From the NCBI GenBank assembly GCA_002633005.1, contig NMRA01000238.1:518734-582733 (forward strand): 64,000 bases of DNA. Direction: 5' to 3'. The translations under genes and the position numbers were made by a program. Under the pieces are notes generated by a model. It saw only the letters and a list, made by a program, of their open reading frames with translations. It was not told the origin of the DNA and searched no databases. Positions 24,401-37,600 of this stretch are shown here, one piece after another. Source of the stretch: Phoronis australis. Its lineage: Eukaryota; Animalia; Phoronida. Each line of letters opens with the position of its first letter. Position 1 is the first letter of the stretch.

Positions 24401-27400
24401 CAAGTTCTTTGCCCATGTGCTTAAAGTGAGTAGTTTACTTTCATGTTTTGTATTCTCATTTGTTACAGTCACAAAACAAGTTGGTGATGTGGTTCCCGGG
24501 AAATTACTTTTATGTCGTTTCTTCTTTTTTCCTTAATTTTGTGTAAAAATATCTTTACTGTGTTCATTATTATTTTGAATACTTAATCCCACTTACAATA
24601 AACCTCCTTTGGCTGTGAAAAACTATCTTTTGATTTGGACAACTTTCGGTTGTTAAATTGGTCTCAAATTGTCCGTTACTCAGATGAGAAATAATTTCCT
24701 GGCTATAGAATAACTAATAGTTCAGTTATGTAGTGCCTGAGACCAGCATTCCAAATACATGTTGACCCTGTGTCCTGGACCAGTGGATTTGCGTCTGGGC
24801 CAATAACTTTTAGTGAACTTGACACTTGGGCCAGTAAATTTTCAGACTAACTGGCCCAGCAGTCCGGCACATTTTTTTGTTGTAGTTCTAACACTGCTTG
24901 AGGCCATGCTTGTAACATAAAATAGCACACGATGACAAGTCAACTGATTCAGCCTGATCTCAAGCAGTAACATAACACACCTCAGCAAGTCAATTAATTC
25001 AGTCTGATCTCAAGCAGTAACATAACACACCTCAGCAAGTCAACTGATTCAGCCTGATCTCAAGCAGTAACATAACACACCTCAGCAAGTCAACTGATTC
25101 AGCCTGATCTCAAGCAGTAACATAACACACCACAGCAAGTCAACTGATTCAGCCTGATCTCAAGCAGTAACATAACACACCACAGCAAGTCAACTGATTC
25201 AGCCTGATCTCAAGCAGTAACATAACACACCTCAGCAAGTCAACTGATTCAGCCTGATCTCAAGCAGTAACATAACACACCACGACATGTCAATTAATTC
25301 AGCCTGATCTCAAGCAGTAACACTCTCATTTCTTTCCAAGTTCATATTCAGCCAAGAAACCATTTCCAGTAAAAGTAAACAACAATCCGAGACCAGTTTT
25401 ATCTTTTGCATGATAAGGGGCCTTAATAAAAAATTCATTTTTGAGAGAAGGCAAAAGGTGGATTTTCAGTTGTCAGTATATTTGTGCTTTGTCTTTAAAT
25501 TGTGTCGTGCTATTGCATGCCATCCAAAAGATTGTTTGTCTTTAAAACTGCATATCAGTCATTAATTTGAAACTGGGCTAGGTGTGACTATAAGTTGCAA
25601 ATTTGAGCTGTTTATTGGACATTCTGTTAAGGGGTGCGTTTGAATGATATATTTCTAGTTTTTATACACATTTACATTTTATCCATAGATTTGTTTCTGA
25701 TATGAGAAACTAGTGAAACTGCTAGCACACAGGTAGACGTCCTCACATGTTAAGTATTCACTGTACAGTAGTTGTCACTGTTATTGGCTACCACCTTTAT
25801 TGTGTGCTATGCAAAAAATGCTGTTCCTGGATGAAAAGCTGAACTTCAGTAGTAGCAAAAATCAGATTATTTGTCTGACAAGGTGTGACCTCTCAAAATG
25901 TTGACTTATAGGAACAATGAATGTGTGTGTGGATAAATAGCTAAAATTAGGTTATAAATAGTTAACTTGCGTGGTGAAAAGCAAAAATTGGCTTATTTGG
26001 CTGACTTGTCTATGGACAAAGTTTGAAATTTCATAGTTTGTTTGGATTTGAGTTTATTTCATTTGTAGGAAGTGATGAGTGATCTTGAGGAGAGTAAGTA
26101 CCAGAATGCCGAGTACCGTCTGTCCATATATGGCCGTAAGCGTGATGAATGGTACAAGTTATCTAAGTGGGCCATAAACCATCACGTCTATAGTGACAAT
26201 GTCCGCTGGCTGATACAGGTGCCCAGATTATAGTAAGTGGACAGTTTATTAGTTGTGTGGTGCCCATTATACAGTTTTTTGTCTAGCCCATGACTGTTTT
26301 TTATGAAAAAATAGACTAGACCTGCTCATTTGTGGATGCCTAGTTGCAGTGTTCACTTGTGGCAGGTTTCGTCTGTTTGATGCGAATGTTGAAAATGCTT
26401 ATTTCTTAAACGTTTTGATTTGATTAAGTTTTAAAAGGTGAGGTATCAACACTTATTTGTCTATGGTGGCTCCTCTTATGGTCCAGTTGTCTTCTTGTAC
26501 ATTACATGTAACTGATAAGCACCCCAAATACTTACCATTTGCAGTGCATTGTGGGCATATGTCAACATTTTACATTGCTCCTGTTTAGTTTTGGCTGTAA
26601 AAGTCACAGAATATTAACCCTGAATTTCAGGAACACATCATTTTGCTCCCGAAATTGAGGAATTCTTTCCACGACACTATAATCAACTATCTTTGACTGT
26701 ATGTTTTACATGTTGACTCCATGACATAAACCTTGACCATTATCTCCGCTTTCTTCCAGTGATATCTACAAAGCCAAGAATGTGATGAACAACTTCCAGG
26801 AACTGTTAGACAATCTCTTTGTTCCGTTGTTTGAGGCCACCAATGACCCCAAAGGTCATCCGGAGATTCACAAATTTCTTCAACACGTATGTAGCCATTG
26901 TTATTGTAACAACATTTAATATCATTCCCGCTCGTCATGCAAAACCTGGTAAAGGACATTTTCCTGATCACCTGGAAACTGAAAATGGGCAACCACTGAT
27001 GTAAAATTTCACACAGGTGCCCGAGTTGAGCTATTGAGCTGGGAATAAGACCACTTCTGGCTACAAACCCTCCCTCAAACTTTCTGTTAATAGGTGAGGA
27101 AAGTGATTATGTCACTCCTTGAGCAACTGCTCCAAATTTGAGACAACCAATATAGCGGTGGCCTATTCATGGGTTTGCGTTAACATTTGTTGAAATAACT
27201 TTTCAAAATCTGAAGCCACAACATCTATGAACCATACAGACTAGCGTATTAACCACGTGTTTTCTAAAACAGAGTTTAACTGGTGAGTTTCCAGTTACGA
27301 TTTTCAACCTAAAGAACTGACAAAGGTTAGATCGAGGATGGCAGAATCTTCTAGACCTTTCCAGAAATATAACATCACTTTTTCCGTCTCTGTTCCTTCA

Positions 27401-30400
27401 TGTAAGTCCATCTTCTTGGATGTATGTCCACCCCTCTTGCCCTTCACTACCACCTAATTGACATCTTCTCTCATTGGCTAACACATAAGCTTCCTTGTCT
27501 TCTCTCATTAGCTAACACATAAGCTTCCTTGTCTTCTCTCATTGGTTAACACATAAACTTCCTTGTCTTCTCTTATTGGCTAACACATAAGCTTCATTCA
27601 TTGTCTTCTCTCATTGGCTAACACATAAACTTCCTTGTCTTCTCTCATTGGCTAACACATAAACTTCCTTGTCTTCTCTCATTGGCTAACACATAAGCTT
27701 CCTTGGAAGCCACCCATTAAGCTTTATCACACAAGCGCAGCCTGATTCATGTAGTACGTCATTATGAGTTGTGTAGAAGCATTATGTATGTCTGAAACTT
27801 GTCGACTCATCTATAACCCCAACCCCATTTATCAGAGCTTGCCAGATATAAGCCTGTAGGCTTTCAGACTACATATTAATATCATGTAATATTAATAATA
27901 ATAATAATAGTAATGGTAATGGTAATGGTAATGATAATGTAATATGTTCACAGTACTTTACCGAGTGGGTATTTTTTAATGGAGTCGGGTATGATTGCAT
28001 AATGTGAAGGGATGCAGTACTTAATGCAGTTAAAGATCATTTACCCATGCATCTACTTGTTCTAATCCTTTGTCTTTTCCTTTATTCCAGGTGACGGGTT
28101 TTGACTCGGTAGACGATGAATCAAAACCCAGTGGTATACTGACTAAGGACATGCCTTGCCCAGCCGATTGGAAGAGCGCTGAGAACCCACCATATGCCTA
28201 TTATTCCTTCTACATGTACGCCAACATAGTGGTGCTTAATCATTTTCGTAGGTGAGCATGGTTGCAGAATGTCTAATGTTATCAACTTAAATATTGAGTG
28301 CCAATGTTAAGCAAATGAGACACATCTGATGATGTTTCTGATCATGCTATGCAGGGCCCCCACACACGTGGACCTGATCATGCTACACAGGACCCCTACA
28401 AATATGGACCTGATGATGCTATGCAGGCCCCCCACACATATGGAGCTGATCATGCTATGCAGGGCCCCCACACACATGGACCTGATGATGCTATGCCATC
28501 CCCCTACACATATGGACCTGATCATGCTATGCAGGCCCCCCACACATATGGACCTGTTCATGCTACACAGGGCCCCCACACACATGGACCTGATCATGCT
28601 ATGCAGGCCCCCCACACATATGGACCTGATCATGTTACANCTATGCAGGCCCCCGACACATATGGACCTGATCATGCTACACAGGGCCCCCACACACATG
28701 GACCTGATCATGCTATGCAGGACCCCCACACACATGGACCTGATCATGCTAGGCAGGGCCCCCACTCACGTATATCTGACCATGGTACACAGTGCCCCTA
28801 CGCACATGGACCTTATGATTTTGTGTTCCTATTGGAGACTGCAGACGTTTCCTTGGCAGCTCATAGGTGATCTATCGATCTATTTCCAGGGAACGTGGCC
28901 TTAACTCATTCGTATTCCGTCCTCACTGTGGGGAGGCAGGGCCTGTCCATCATCTAGTTTCTGGATTTTTATTGGCTGAGAATATCAGTCACGGTTTGGA
29001 ACTCAGAAAGGTTAGTATCTTGGTTGTATGTCTGTGTAAGTCATAAACAATTTGAATACGTCACTGTCTTGAATATTGTTGAGGTTTCGTTTTAATTTCC
29101 TCACCATGTTCACATTGACTCGTTAAGTCTTTTATCTATACATGTTACTGTAAAAATTCCCTTGTTTGGGATGGGATGAATTAGTTCTTTTGCTCAAGCT
29201 CGTAGCTTGTGCCAAATTTTATATAGAGGCAGTACTGACTGTGCTAAATTTAAGAATTAAGATCAGTTTGGTAAAGTATCATTCACTTTGATGTTACACA
29301 TTATCTAAACGCTGAAAATGTATTGGTGGCTGTTTTTTGACATTTGAAGAACTGAAAATCTATCATCAGATTTTTTTGATACAGATATGGTGAGCTTCAA
29401 AATTGCTTTTGTTCCAATCTTCAGAGTCAAGAAATTTCAGTTTCAGTTGGAATTTTGGTGTCTCATTAGCCTGGCCCAAACTGGTAATGTTTACCATTGC
29501 ACAACTTATTCAAATGAAATTGGAAACTAAATCTAAACTCATTCTTCAACTTTTTAGTTACACTTTCATGAATAAATACGAAATTGACTGAAGTGAACAA
29601 GCTTTCTTGTTGGCATAGTCAACTTCAGAAATGTGAATATTGTATTCTGTTGTAAAAGACCAATTAATGGCTTTATTAGATATTAGTGCACTCACCATTT
29701 GTTGTTGTTGATTTTACAAACTACAACCCGATAAGAGCAACCGATTTGAAGATAAGAACAGCTCATCAATACTCGTTGACAGGAATGTTACTGAATACTA
29801 TTTGTATTAAGTTCAATATTCTGGCTTTTTCTTGTGCTTAGACTGAACAATGAAAATAATATAAGCTTCATATTATTATCAGTCGTAAAACTCATTGTTT
29901 AATTGTTCATTCTCCATGGGAAGTCTCATATTTATATGACTTCACTATTCAATCTTCCCCAACTAACTCTTCTTCCCTCCACCAGGTGCCAGTGCTGCAG
30001 TACCTGTTCTACCTGTCTCAGGTAGGTATCGCCATGTCGCCTCTGAGTAACAACTCACTCTTCCTCAACTACCAGAAGAACCCCCTACCAGAGTACCACG
30101 CCCGGGGCCTACGGGTGTCTCTGTCCACCGATGACCCCCTACAATTCCACTTCACCAAGGAACCCCTGATGGAGGAGTACAGCATCGCCACTCAAGTTTG
30201 GAAGCTGAGCTCATGTGACATGTGTGAACTGGCACGCAACAGTGTCCTCATGAGTGGCTTCTCACATGAGGTACGATTTACACTGAAGACTGACTTGATA
30301 CAAAAAACGTATAATAACTCTTCTGCTATTTCAGGTGGAAGCAAATTCCAAAGTAATATTTTTTATTTTTTGATGACTTCTACTAATAATTTTTACTAAT

Positions 30401-31293
30401 ATTTTTATGGCAGTCATACACTGTAAACCATGCTAAATAGTGTGTTACATCTGTCCATTCTGTGTTAGTTCCACAACCAAGTGACTCAATGTCTTGTTAA
30501 ATGATTTGAGTGAAATCACGATCTCAAATATTATGTCTTGCCAAAATAAACAAAGTTTTACTTCAAAACATAGTACATACATACTTTAGAGCAATCCATC
30601 AGATTTTCAAACCTTGCAAACGGTTATTGAAAATACGCTCATGGGCGTACTTTTGGAAAATTTTCTGAAAATACGTCAGTGGGCATAGTTTTGGGTGGGC
30701 TTATTTTTAGAAATTCCTGGCATGAATTTGTGTCTGGTTGGATATCTACAAACATAGCTCACAAATTAATGAATAATTGAATGAGCCTAACATTCCATTA
30801 AAAAGTGCAATTCATCTTCAATATTCATTCATTAATAATCAGTCTGTCATTGCTGTATTATGTTTGTCTCTGGGCCGTCCTGCAAACCTGCCTTCATTCA
30901 TCGAGCAGATAAGTAAATTTTAACTGTTAAGAATATGTTAAGTAAAGTAACACGATTGTTTTTTCATGTTAAGCAGCCTTGTCTGGATCCAAACTATTGT
31001 TGATTGATGTATGCTGATTGTTGTAATCATGTTTTATTTTTCAGGTTAAACAGCATTGGCTAGGTCCTAACTACACCAACTCTGGACTAGCTGGAAATGA
31101 CATAACTCGAACAAACATTCCTGACATTCGTGTTTCCTACAGATACGAGACACTAACCTCGGAACTGAAAACGATCTGTGATGCTGTGGGCGACCTATTT
31201 CTAATGAATCCCTACAAAGGCAATAATGAAGTGGACGGTGATTCTAGTTACATTAATGTTAATGCCCAGGTGCCCCATGATGAAGATTTATAA
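6500..31293 (+). CDS. AMPD2: AMP deaminase (AMPD2-like), multi-exon; 5' start not fixed
   Basis: Spliced exons with AG/GT borders and matching phases: 6500-6746, 13020-13182, 14228-14411, 18015-18234, 20913-21042, 22379-22516, 23205-23267, 24294-24425, 26069-26232, 26760-26886, 28091-28251, 28890-29010, 29986-30270, 31045-31293 (TAA). Motifs: APYEMP..PIEE (AMPD2-type N-terminus), [25 protein letters not shown] (zinc HxH), [66 protein letters not shown]. About 794 codons from exon 6500. Confidence 0.95.
9412..10762. mobile_element. Non-autonomous Tc2/pogo-type DNA transposon, copy 1
   Basis: TA flanks, degenerate TIR CC(G/T)TATTCGCCCTAATAA, subterminal TAAGCGCCC motifs. Colinear and homologous with 18306-19701. 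Confidence 0.8.
10817..10840 (+). CDS. Candidate 24-nt cassette microexon of AMPD (N-VASALHR-R)
   Basis: Pyrimidine tract tcttccttcctgttttctgatctcAG, then 24 nt, then AG|GTAGGA. Phase 2-2 matches flanking exons 6746/13020, no stop. Confidence 0.6.
13836..14019. repeat. 24-bp tandem repeat, about 7 copies
   Basis: Unit TATCTAACTCCTTCACTACCATGG. Confidence 0.9.
15216..15230 (+). CDS. Candidate 15-nt microexon of AMPD (D-FCRS)
   Basis: cctttgcAG, then atttctgtcgatcgt, then GTAAGT. Phase 1-1 matches flanking exons 14411/18015. Confidence 0.45.
15850..16290. repeat. Degenerate tandem array of about 60-bp units, about 7 copies
   Basis: Recurring GAGCCCTAACCAATCAGATGCTT...GTGCTAACCTGTGGTTGG. Confidence 0.75.
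18265..19956. mobile_element. MITE of about 0.3 kb (Tc1/mariner-pogo type) interrupted by the 18306-19701 element
   Basis: TA flanks. TIR C(A/G)G(T/C)AAAAATTCTCCAATTT(C/G)GGACAGT at both ends. Confidence 0.8.
18306..19701. mobile_element. Non-autonomous Tc2/pogo-type DNA transposon, copy 2
   Basis: TA target-site duplication (18304-05, 19702-03). 25-bp TIR CCGTATTCG(C/G)CGTAATAACCGCCCA with one mismatch. No transposase ORF. Confidence 0.88.
20149..20318. repeat. Tandem repeat of about 45 bp, about 3.7 copies
   Basis: Unit CATACTCCAAGTATAGCCTCACGCAATAAACCCAGTGGCTCATTT. Confidence 0.9.
22266..22390. repeat. 41-bp x3 tandem repeat spanning an AMPD splice acceptor
   Basis: Unit ACTAAGATGCAACTGTTTGTTTCACCAATAG|GTGGACACTC. 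Confidence 0.95.
22811..23157. mobile_element. TTAA-flanked (Kolobok-like) non-autonomous element, copy B
   Basis: TTAA-AGGGACACTAAGCC ... GGTTTAGTATCCT-TTAA. Shares 5' and 3' segments with 1378-2187. Confidence 0.65.
23785..24058. mobile_element. Tc1-type MITE (about 270 bp), family copy 1
   Basis: TA-CAGTACAAGACAAAAGTAATGAAACA with an inverted copy near 24030-24058. Homologous to 35495-35761 (inverted) and ~46915-47327. Confidence 0.7.
24936..25322. repeat. 50-bp minisatellite, about 8 copies
   Basis: Unit CAAGTCAACTGATTCAGCCTGATCTCAAGCAGTAACATAACACACCTCAG. Confidence 0.95.
27464..27705. repeat. 34-bp minisatellite, about 7 copies
   Basis: Unit TCTTCTCTCATTGGCTAACACATAAGCTTCCTTG. Confidence 0.95.
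28338..28815. repeat. 36-bp minisatellite, about 13 copies, with an N at 28640
   Basis: Unit CTGATCATGCTATGCAGGGCCCCCACACACATGGAC. It fills most of AMPD intron 28252-28889. Confidence 0.95.
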
Positions 31294-34200
31294 ACAAACT
31301 TAGCTGATGAGGTTGAAATCTTCATTAGGCCCAACGTCCAGCCCTGAGTTTTCAAAACGGTTCTCTTTTGAAGGTCTATGTTATTTATTACGATAAAATC
31401 TCACAAATTTCGGACAAAAACAATTGCTAGAATTGGCCTTTTTTCTTTTTGATGTTTATTATGATGTTGTGAACTGAGACAATGTTGTAAAACATTGTCT
31501 TACAATAGCCATGATGTAAAACTTAAAAATGAAACATCGGTTTGTCTTACTTGTCTTATGGAAAAAATGGTGAAATATAAATTTCACTGGTCCGCCATAC
31601 TGTGTCCTAAATTGGGAAGATTTTAATGTGCTTGGTTTTAAATCTTCTCCCCTCTAATTTGTACTGATAGTAAATATACCTTGGGTGTTAACTCAAAAGG
31701 ATTTGCGTTGCTCCACAAGTCTACATATTTTCCATTCATTCTTATTAGTCATGGGTCGTATGCCTAATTTCTAGAAATACATAACATACAGTCAATGTTG
31801 TCTTGCTGTACAAGGGATGCAGATAGTGCAATGTAGTTCTTGTTGCTGGATGTGAATTTTTATTGGTTGAATAATGACCAGCTTTTCAGTTAAAACAGAG
31901 TAGTCATGATTTCACATCAGGTACGGTTTTATATGCGAACAGGGTACCAGTTTCATTTTGTTTGGTACATACGTGGAGTGTGATTTCTCTGGTGTTTTTG
32001 GTCATGAATCAAGCGCTGAAAAGAGATGGTGCATGTTTATTTTAGGGTGAGAAATTTCACTTAGTCTTAGTTTGTGTTAATAATTTAATGGAGCTGAATA
32101 TGTTGTAAATGAAATTAATTACTAAGAATGGCTAGAAGTTGGAAGTATTAGAATAGCCGTATAAAAATAGCAGGTAAAGTGTGGAGTCGTTTTTAATTGC
32201 TTGAATTGCTTCCATGAATTCATCGTTGGTGTGCCTTTAGTATGCCTTATTTAATCGATTGTTACATTTTTTGGAGCGATTCAGGGTACACTGTACCTGT
32301 TGCAGTATTATAATCATTTCAAGTCTTCATGTTAATGGTCAGTTAATATTGTGTCTTGGCAATATGACTTGTGGTCAATGCAGTTCTAGTGCTGTGTTAT
32401 CTTTGTTAATGTGTTATTATTGACGTTATCAATTTTATTTGTTATAGAACTATTTGTATACTGTGCCTCCTGTGACACGTTTTTCCTCAGAATACAATCG
32501 TATGAACCAAATGTGCTGCATATTGTCGACATGGTGGAATGAAGTCCTGGATAACTTCATTGAATTTTTAAAACTGATGAATGTCTCTTGTATTAGTTGA
32601 GAAATTGATGCAATTTGTAATTGTTGAATAGTTTTACACAGAGTTCCTTCTTAATTTTAACATAACTTTGGTGAAGCTACATATTAAATTTTGATGAAAT
32701 TTTGTTAGGATTATAGTATGTAACAAATACCGGGGGAGGGGGTGCAATAAATTCACCTAATCCCTTTTTTGGTCTTGATATGAGAAATGACTGCAGCCTT
32801 GCCACATATTCTGTTTAACATTTGCTTGCTCAAAAATTCAACTGACATATAAATAAAGCTACAAACTTTGACCCCAGATGTTGACCTTGACTCCCAGTTG
32901 AACATTTTTAAGGGGTGCATTGCTTATACCTAAGAAACTGGCAAAAAATCAAGGTCACACGTCAAGAAAACACAATCGCTCTAGCGAAAGGTGCGAGTTT
33001 CGTGAGTGTTTTTAGAACTGTATTAGTGTACCCTAACAAAATGACGCCCACTTGAGTGATTAGTTGGTGAGGTTGGAATGTTGAGTTATGGGATATAATT
33101 CATATCCATGAGTGAAAGATTTCTCAAGTGATTTGCTAGTGTCTGGTGTCTATGGAATGTACTACAAGTGCAAGTTTTCATACATTACAAAAATCCAGTA
33201 GCTACAAACTAAGTACAAAATCATGGTAAGTTCATAAAAATATGTTATTAACCAACATTAAAATGTTCAATGACTTAAATGTGAATTTAGAAACATCAAT
33301 CAATTTGATTAGTACATAAATCACTTCTTGACATCAGGTCAAACAGTATATCCTCTTAAAGCGATATACATGTAGATAGACTAAAACAAAAAGTCATGTA
33401 AACAACCCAAGTATACTGATTACAAACCAAAACACAGGAATACTAATGAAATAAATAGCAATTGTAACAAAACAGAATAACGACCCTAACATTTTTTAGT
33501 GAACTTGCATAAAACTAATTTCACCATTTGTTACACACAGCATTAAGTAAGGATTAAAAATGAACCAATACAAAAAATACCTGACCATATTCCTAAGTAA
33601 TGAAAGAATACATGTCCCTGATGTGTGCTGAAACCTAATGACTTGATATGTTACATTGTACATGGACAAGACGGTCACTAGACAGAATGTAATGCTGAAT
33701 CCTGTTCAAAGACATCCTGACACTTTAACAATCATGTACCACACTGTAGCAAGGACCAGTCTAAGGCATGCTTCATACAACTGCAGGAAAAAGTTTAGGA
33801 AAGCACACAACGTCACTAGTGCGCAAAAATTTTCATTGACACACTGTACTGCTTAACTGCACATTAAAATTGTGCTGGCAAACATGCCTTTTTGTCTTAC
33901 TATGGAAGTTATACACATTGTGCATTTAGATTCTAACACGGTGGCAATGCAGACCAGTCAGATCAAAGTCTAGCCAAACATTAATCTCAACGTCAGTGAT
34001 AGGTGGTCAAGCATACCAGGTCCTTTATTCGGAATGCAAAAGATGTTTGGGAGCTCAGACAAGCCCGAACTTTGCCGCACTGTGTCCAAGTCACCAACAT
34101 TTCTGGAATAGCACTGCAAATTGTTGATTGACACATTCCCCTCCCTCAGCTTACAAAAGCCCTGTATACTGTGAAAATGCAGGTCAACATTGGATTTATG

Positions 34201-34610
34201 AGTTTGGTTCATCTAATATGCAGTTAGAGGTTAGACCTCTCACTTAGCACATGATCTACTGGGATAGTCCAAAAACAAACTGGAAGAGGGCATCAAAAAC
34301 TAACAACTCATAGGAGGTCTAAATTTTCCCAATAGAATTTAGTCCCTACAGGGTGACTGACCCATAGACATGTTTTTCTAAAGCAATTCCTGCAATTTTG
34401 AGTAATTCCTTAGTCTGTTGATAACTCGTTGCTCATTTTTCAAAGTCTTCAATCTACTAACTTCTGCCAGTTACTGGTAAACATTGTAGCGAGTATAAGT
34501 TTTTGACAGGCTTCATAAAACTGTGAAGCATATGTAGTCAGTTGAGTTGTTGCTCATTCTTCAAAGTCTTCAAGTAACCACAGAGAGTGCCCATGGCACT
34601 GTACCGAGCA

Positions 34611-37600
34611 TCAATCTTTAATGTGCTTCATACAACTGTGGAGAATCTCAAGACCATGCAGTTCACGTAATCTCTCAAGGTGTCTGTAAACAGTTGTACA
34701 TTACTTAAAATGGTAAAATCATTACATAGAAAGGAGTATCCCGGAAACAGAACTTAGATGAAATAACTTGTCATTCGTTTCTGAAAAAAGTGAAATTATC
34801 GGCAAGAAATTGAGTTTTTGAGATCAGCCTAAGAGCAAACTTAAACTTACAACCTCTGTGGTTACAGTATAATGCTCTGCTGGCTGAACTAACTCCCACT
34901 CAATAAATGTCAGTGTGTGTTTCAAGCGTATTTAACTTGAAAAGTCTCCCAACTTCATGTCAGTGATTGCCTGGCAGACAAAGGTAAGAATTGACAATTT
35001 GTAATAAAATCACAAAAACATTTTGTTTATAGCTCTGGTCAAAAGTTAATAATTTGAAGAAGTTTATCTCATCCATAATTCCAAAAATATCTTCAGACAT
35101 TAAACTGATATTGCCCCTTTAAGGACGAGTATACTACTCGTACGAAGACCTCACAAACACTAAACAAAGTATATGAGAGCACAAAATGGCATTATTCTTT
35201 TTCTGAAAACGTAATTTTTCAAATCAAGTACTAAAAGATTTTCATAAATGAATTACCAAAAATAGAAAATTCTCATAACAACACGCAACAGAAAACAGAA
35301 GCCTATTTAAAACTCTATATTCAAACGCAAGCTTGGATACTAAAGAACATCTTCATGTCTTTTAAGACTTAAAAGTCCCATCCAGCCCCAATTGGGTCAA
35401 GAAGAAAATTGGGTCAAGAAGAACTGAAATAAATCAAGTGAGCGGTCGTGAACGGCGCTTTTGAAACAAACAATGAACTATAGCACACACTTTACAGTTT
35501 TAGCCAAAAGTATTCAGACAAAATAACTCTAGATTGCCTGTCATGACGACAAGGCAGAAGGTGCATTCATAGTCAGAGTAGTCTCCCCTGATGACTGAGA
35601 ATGCAGGGGAAGTAACAGGAAAGATAGTAAATCAAAGGTGACTAAACTATTCTGTAATTAGAATTAACCCAGTACATATTACCAGCCATTGTTACTGTTA
35701 ACAGAATTACCGTCGTTATGGGGGAAATGGTATTTTGTCTGATTACTTTTGTCTTATACTGCACATTCTGTCCTGAGTGTTGTCATGTAGCTTTACACAA
35801 TTGTTTTAACTCTCAAACTGCAACCTGCACACATAGAAACCAAAAAAACGTGCAGTTGGAATGAACACTTCTAGTTGGATCTATTTCCCATTACCTAGGG
35901 TCTCCTTTCGCCAACTTAGCTATTAGTATAGCACAGTTTTGTTGAACCATTTCCTTGTGACAGTCACGTGTCAAGGATAACAGATCCATGATGATATTAG
36001 TGCCATGAAGTTTGGTGGCCTCACTTGGAACCTCGCCGATACAATGACCAAGACAGAGTGCTGCATTTCCGATAACAGTCTCATCTTTTGATGACAACAG
36101 AGTACACAATATTTTCAATGCTGAAAAAAATACAAAAAGTAATTCATATCGCGCTTTCTCATTTATAAATTGTTACACATTTTATAATAAAAGGTACCCT
36201 GGTTGGAACCTAAATTTGAACAAGTTGGGTGCACCAGCTGTGCAGCCACACGTCAAAGCGTAGTTCAGCTAGTGTTATCTCCAACAATCATCTCTGTTTC
36301 CCAGTTAGTGAGTAAACATACCGAAAGTAAAAGGTATAGAAATTCAAACCTGTATGAATCATTCAGAGCCAGAATGCAGAACATACATTGCAGAGGCATG
36401 AACTGATAAACCATCAATTTGAAAGTACTTGTAAGGTAACTAGGCTTTAAAGCCCTAATTCATACAAAAACATCTGATCTCAAAGTCTTAGAAAATAAAT
36501 CAGTCTGGAAAATAAATCAGTGTAGAAAGGCATAGTATATATATTATTCTATTTTGCATGCAATTTGTGTATATTTGACAGTCTTGATAGCCCTGATTGC
36601 ATGGAAACTGCATGGATATGGTATGTCTCAGACTTGAGACCTGATTGTATGAAAACTGCATGGATTTCAGTATGTCTCAGACTTGAGCTCTGATTGACGC
36701 AAGAAACTTTCACACTTGAAAACCTTTAGGTCGTGATATGTGATCTGCTTGTTGAAGAAATAAATAAATGTCATGAAATTATTTCTTAGCCCATGGCAAA
36801 GCAATCTACAACATCTTATCCTGACATAATAGAAAGACTAGGTAAGAATGTAGTTTAAGTTTGGGGATGACTGGAGAGACCAGTGGCCAATTCATTTGAC
36901 AAAGCTGAAATGAGAGAAAACTCAGCAACTACACAAGAGGGTCGCAATTCCTGTGAGTTTCATCCAACATATTGACCTCTAAAAGTACCCGTCTATACAC
37001 TCGATGGAAGCCTTACCTCCCTTGACTTTTACAACACAACGCCTGGCATCAGTGTTGGAGGCAGTACATCCTGTCAAGCTCTTGACAGCATATTTCACCT
37101 CAGCAGCATTACTGGTCTCCTAAGACAAGCATGGGAAAGTAGATCATCTGACTACAAACATCCAATGAAGCTGATTGCTGTACGCTAAATTCCAACTTCT
37201 TATCTATTTGAAACAGGTTTTAAAACAGATATTATCAAAATTGACACGTAGCGGAATGCGTAAATGATGCAACGAATTGCTTAACATAAACTTGTTCTTA
37301 TTGAGACGTGGATACAATATCATGACCCGAGAGGGATCTGACATATTTATTCTTTTATTACAAAATAGTTTGCCAGGAGCCCCTCTTCTTCACAGATTTT
37401 TTAAATACACAACAGCATTACCTCTTTACTGCTTTAACGGAGACCCACTTTAATAAAGCATTAACTACCGTAGATAGCAGTGCCATGTACATAACCAGTC
37501 TTTCATTACAGAAAATACAAAAGTGGATAAGCAGAAGGGTCCAGACCCACCCCTTCTTCATTGATTCTTTATGCTGCTAACAAACCTGTCAATGCCAAAT

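Noticed and set aside
24936-25322. Regular repeat arrays (also 27464, 28338, 48227) as possible CRISPR arrays
   Set aside because: The units are head-to-tail with no unique spacers, there are no cas genes, and the context is a eukaryotic intron.
28307-28904. Three long repetitive ORFs (152-191 aa)
   Set aside because: They arise from a 36-bp intronic minisatellite and have no independent gene structure.
31291-31347. Possible stop readthrough of AMPD adding TNLADEVEIFIRPNVQP
   Set aside because: TAA-A is a poor readthrough context and the extension has no recognisable targeting signal.
34839-34897. Functional tRNA gene
   Set aside because: The T-arm/B-box and acceptor stem are degenerate. 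It is kept only as a low-confidence SINE or pseudo-tRNA.
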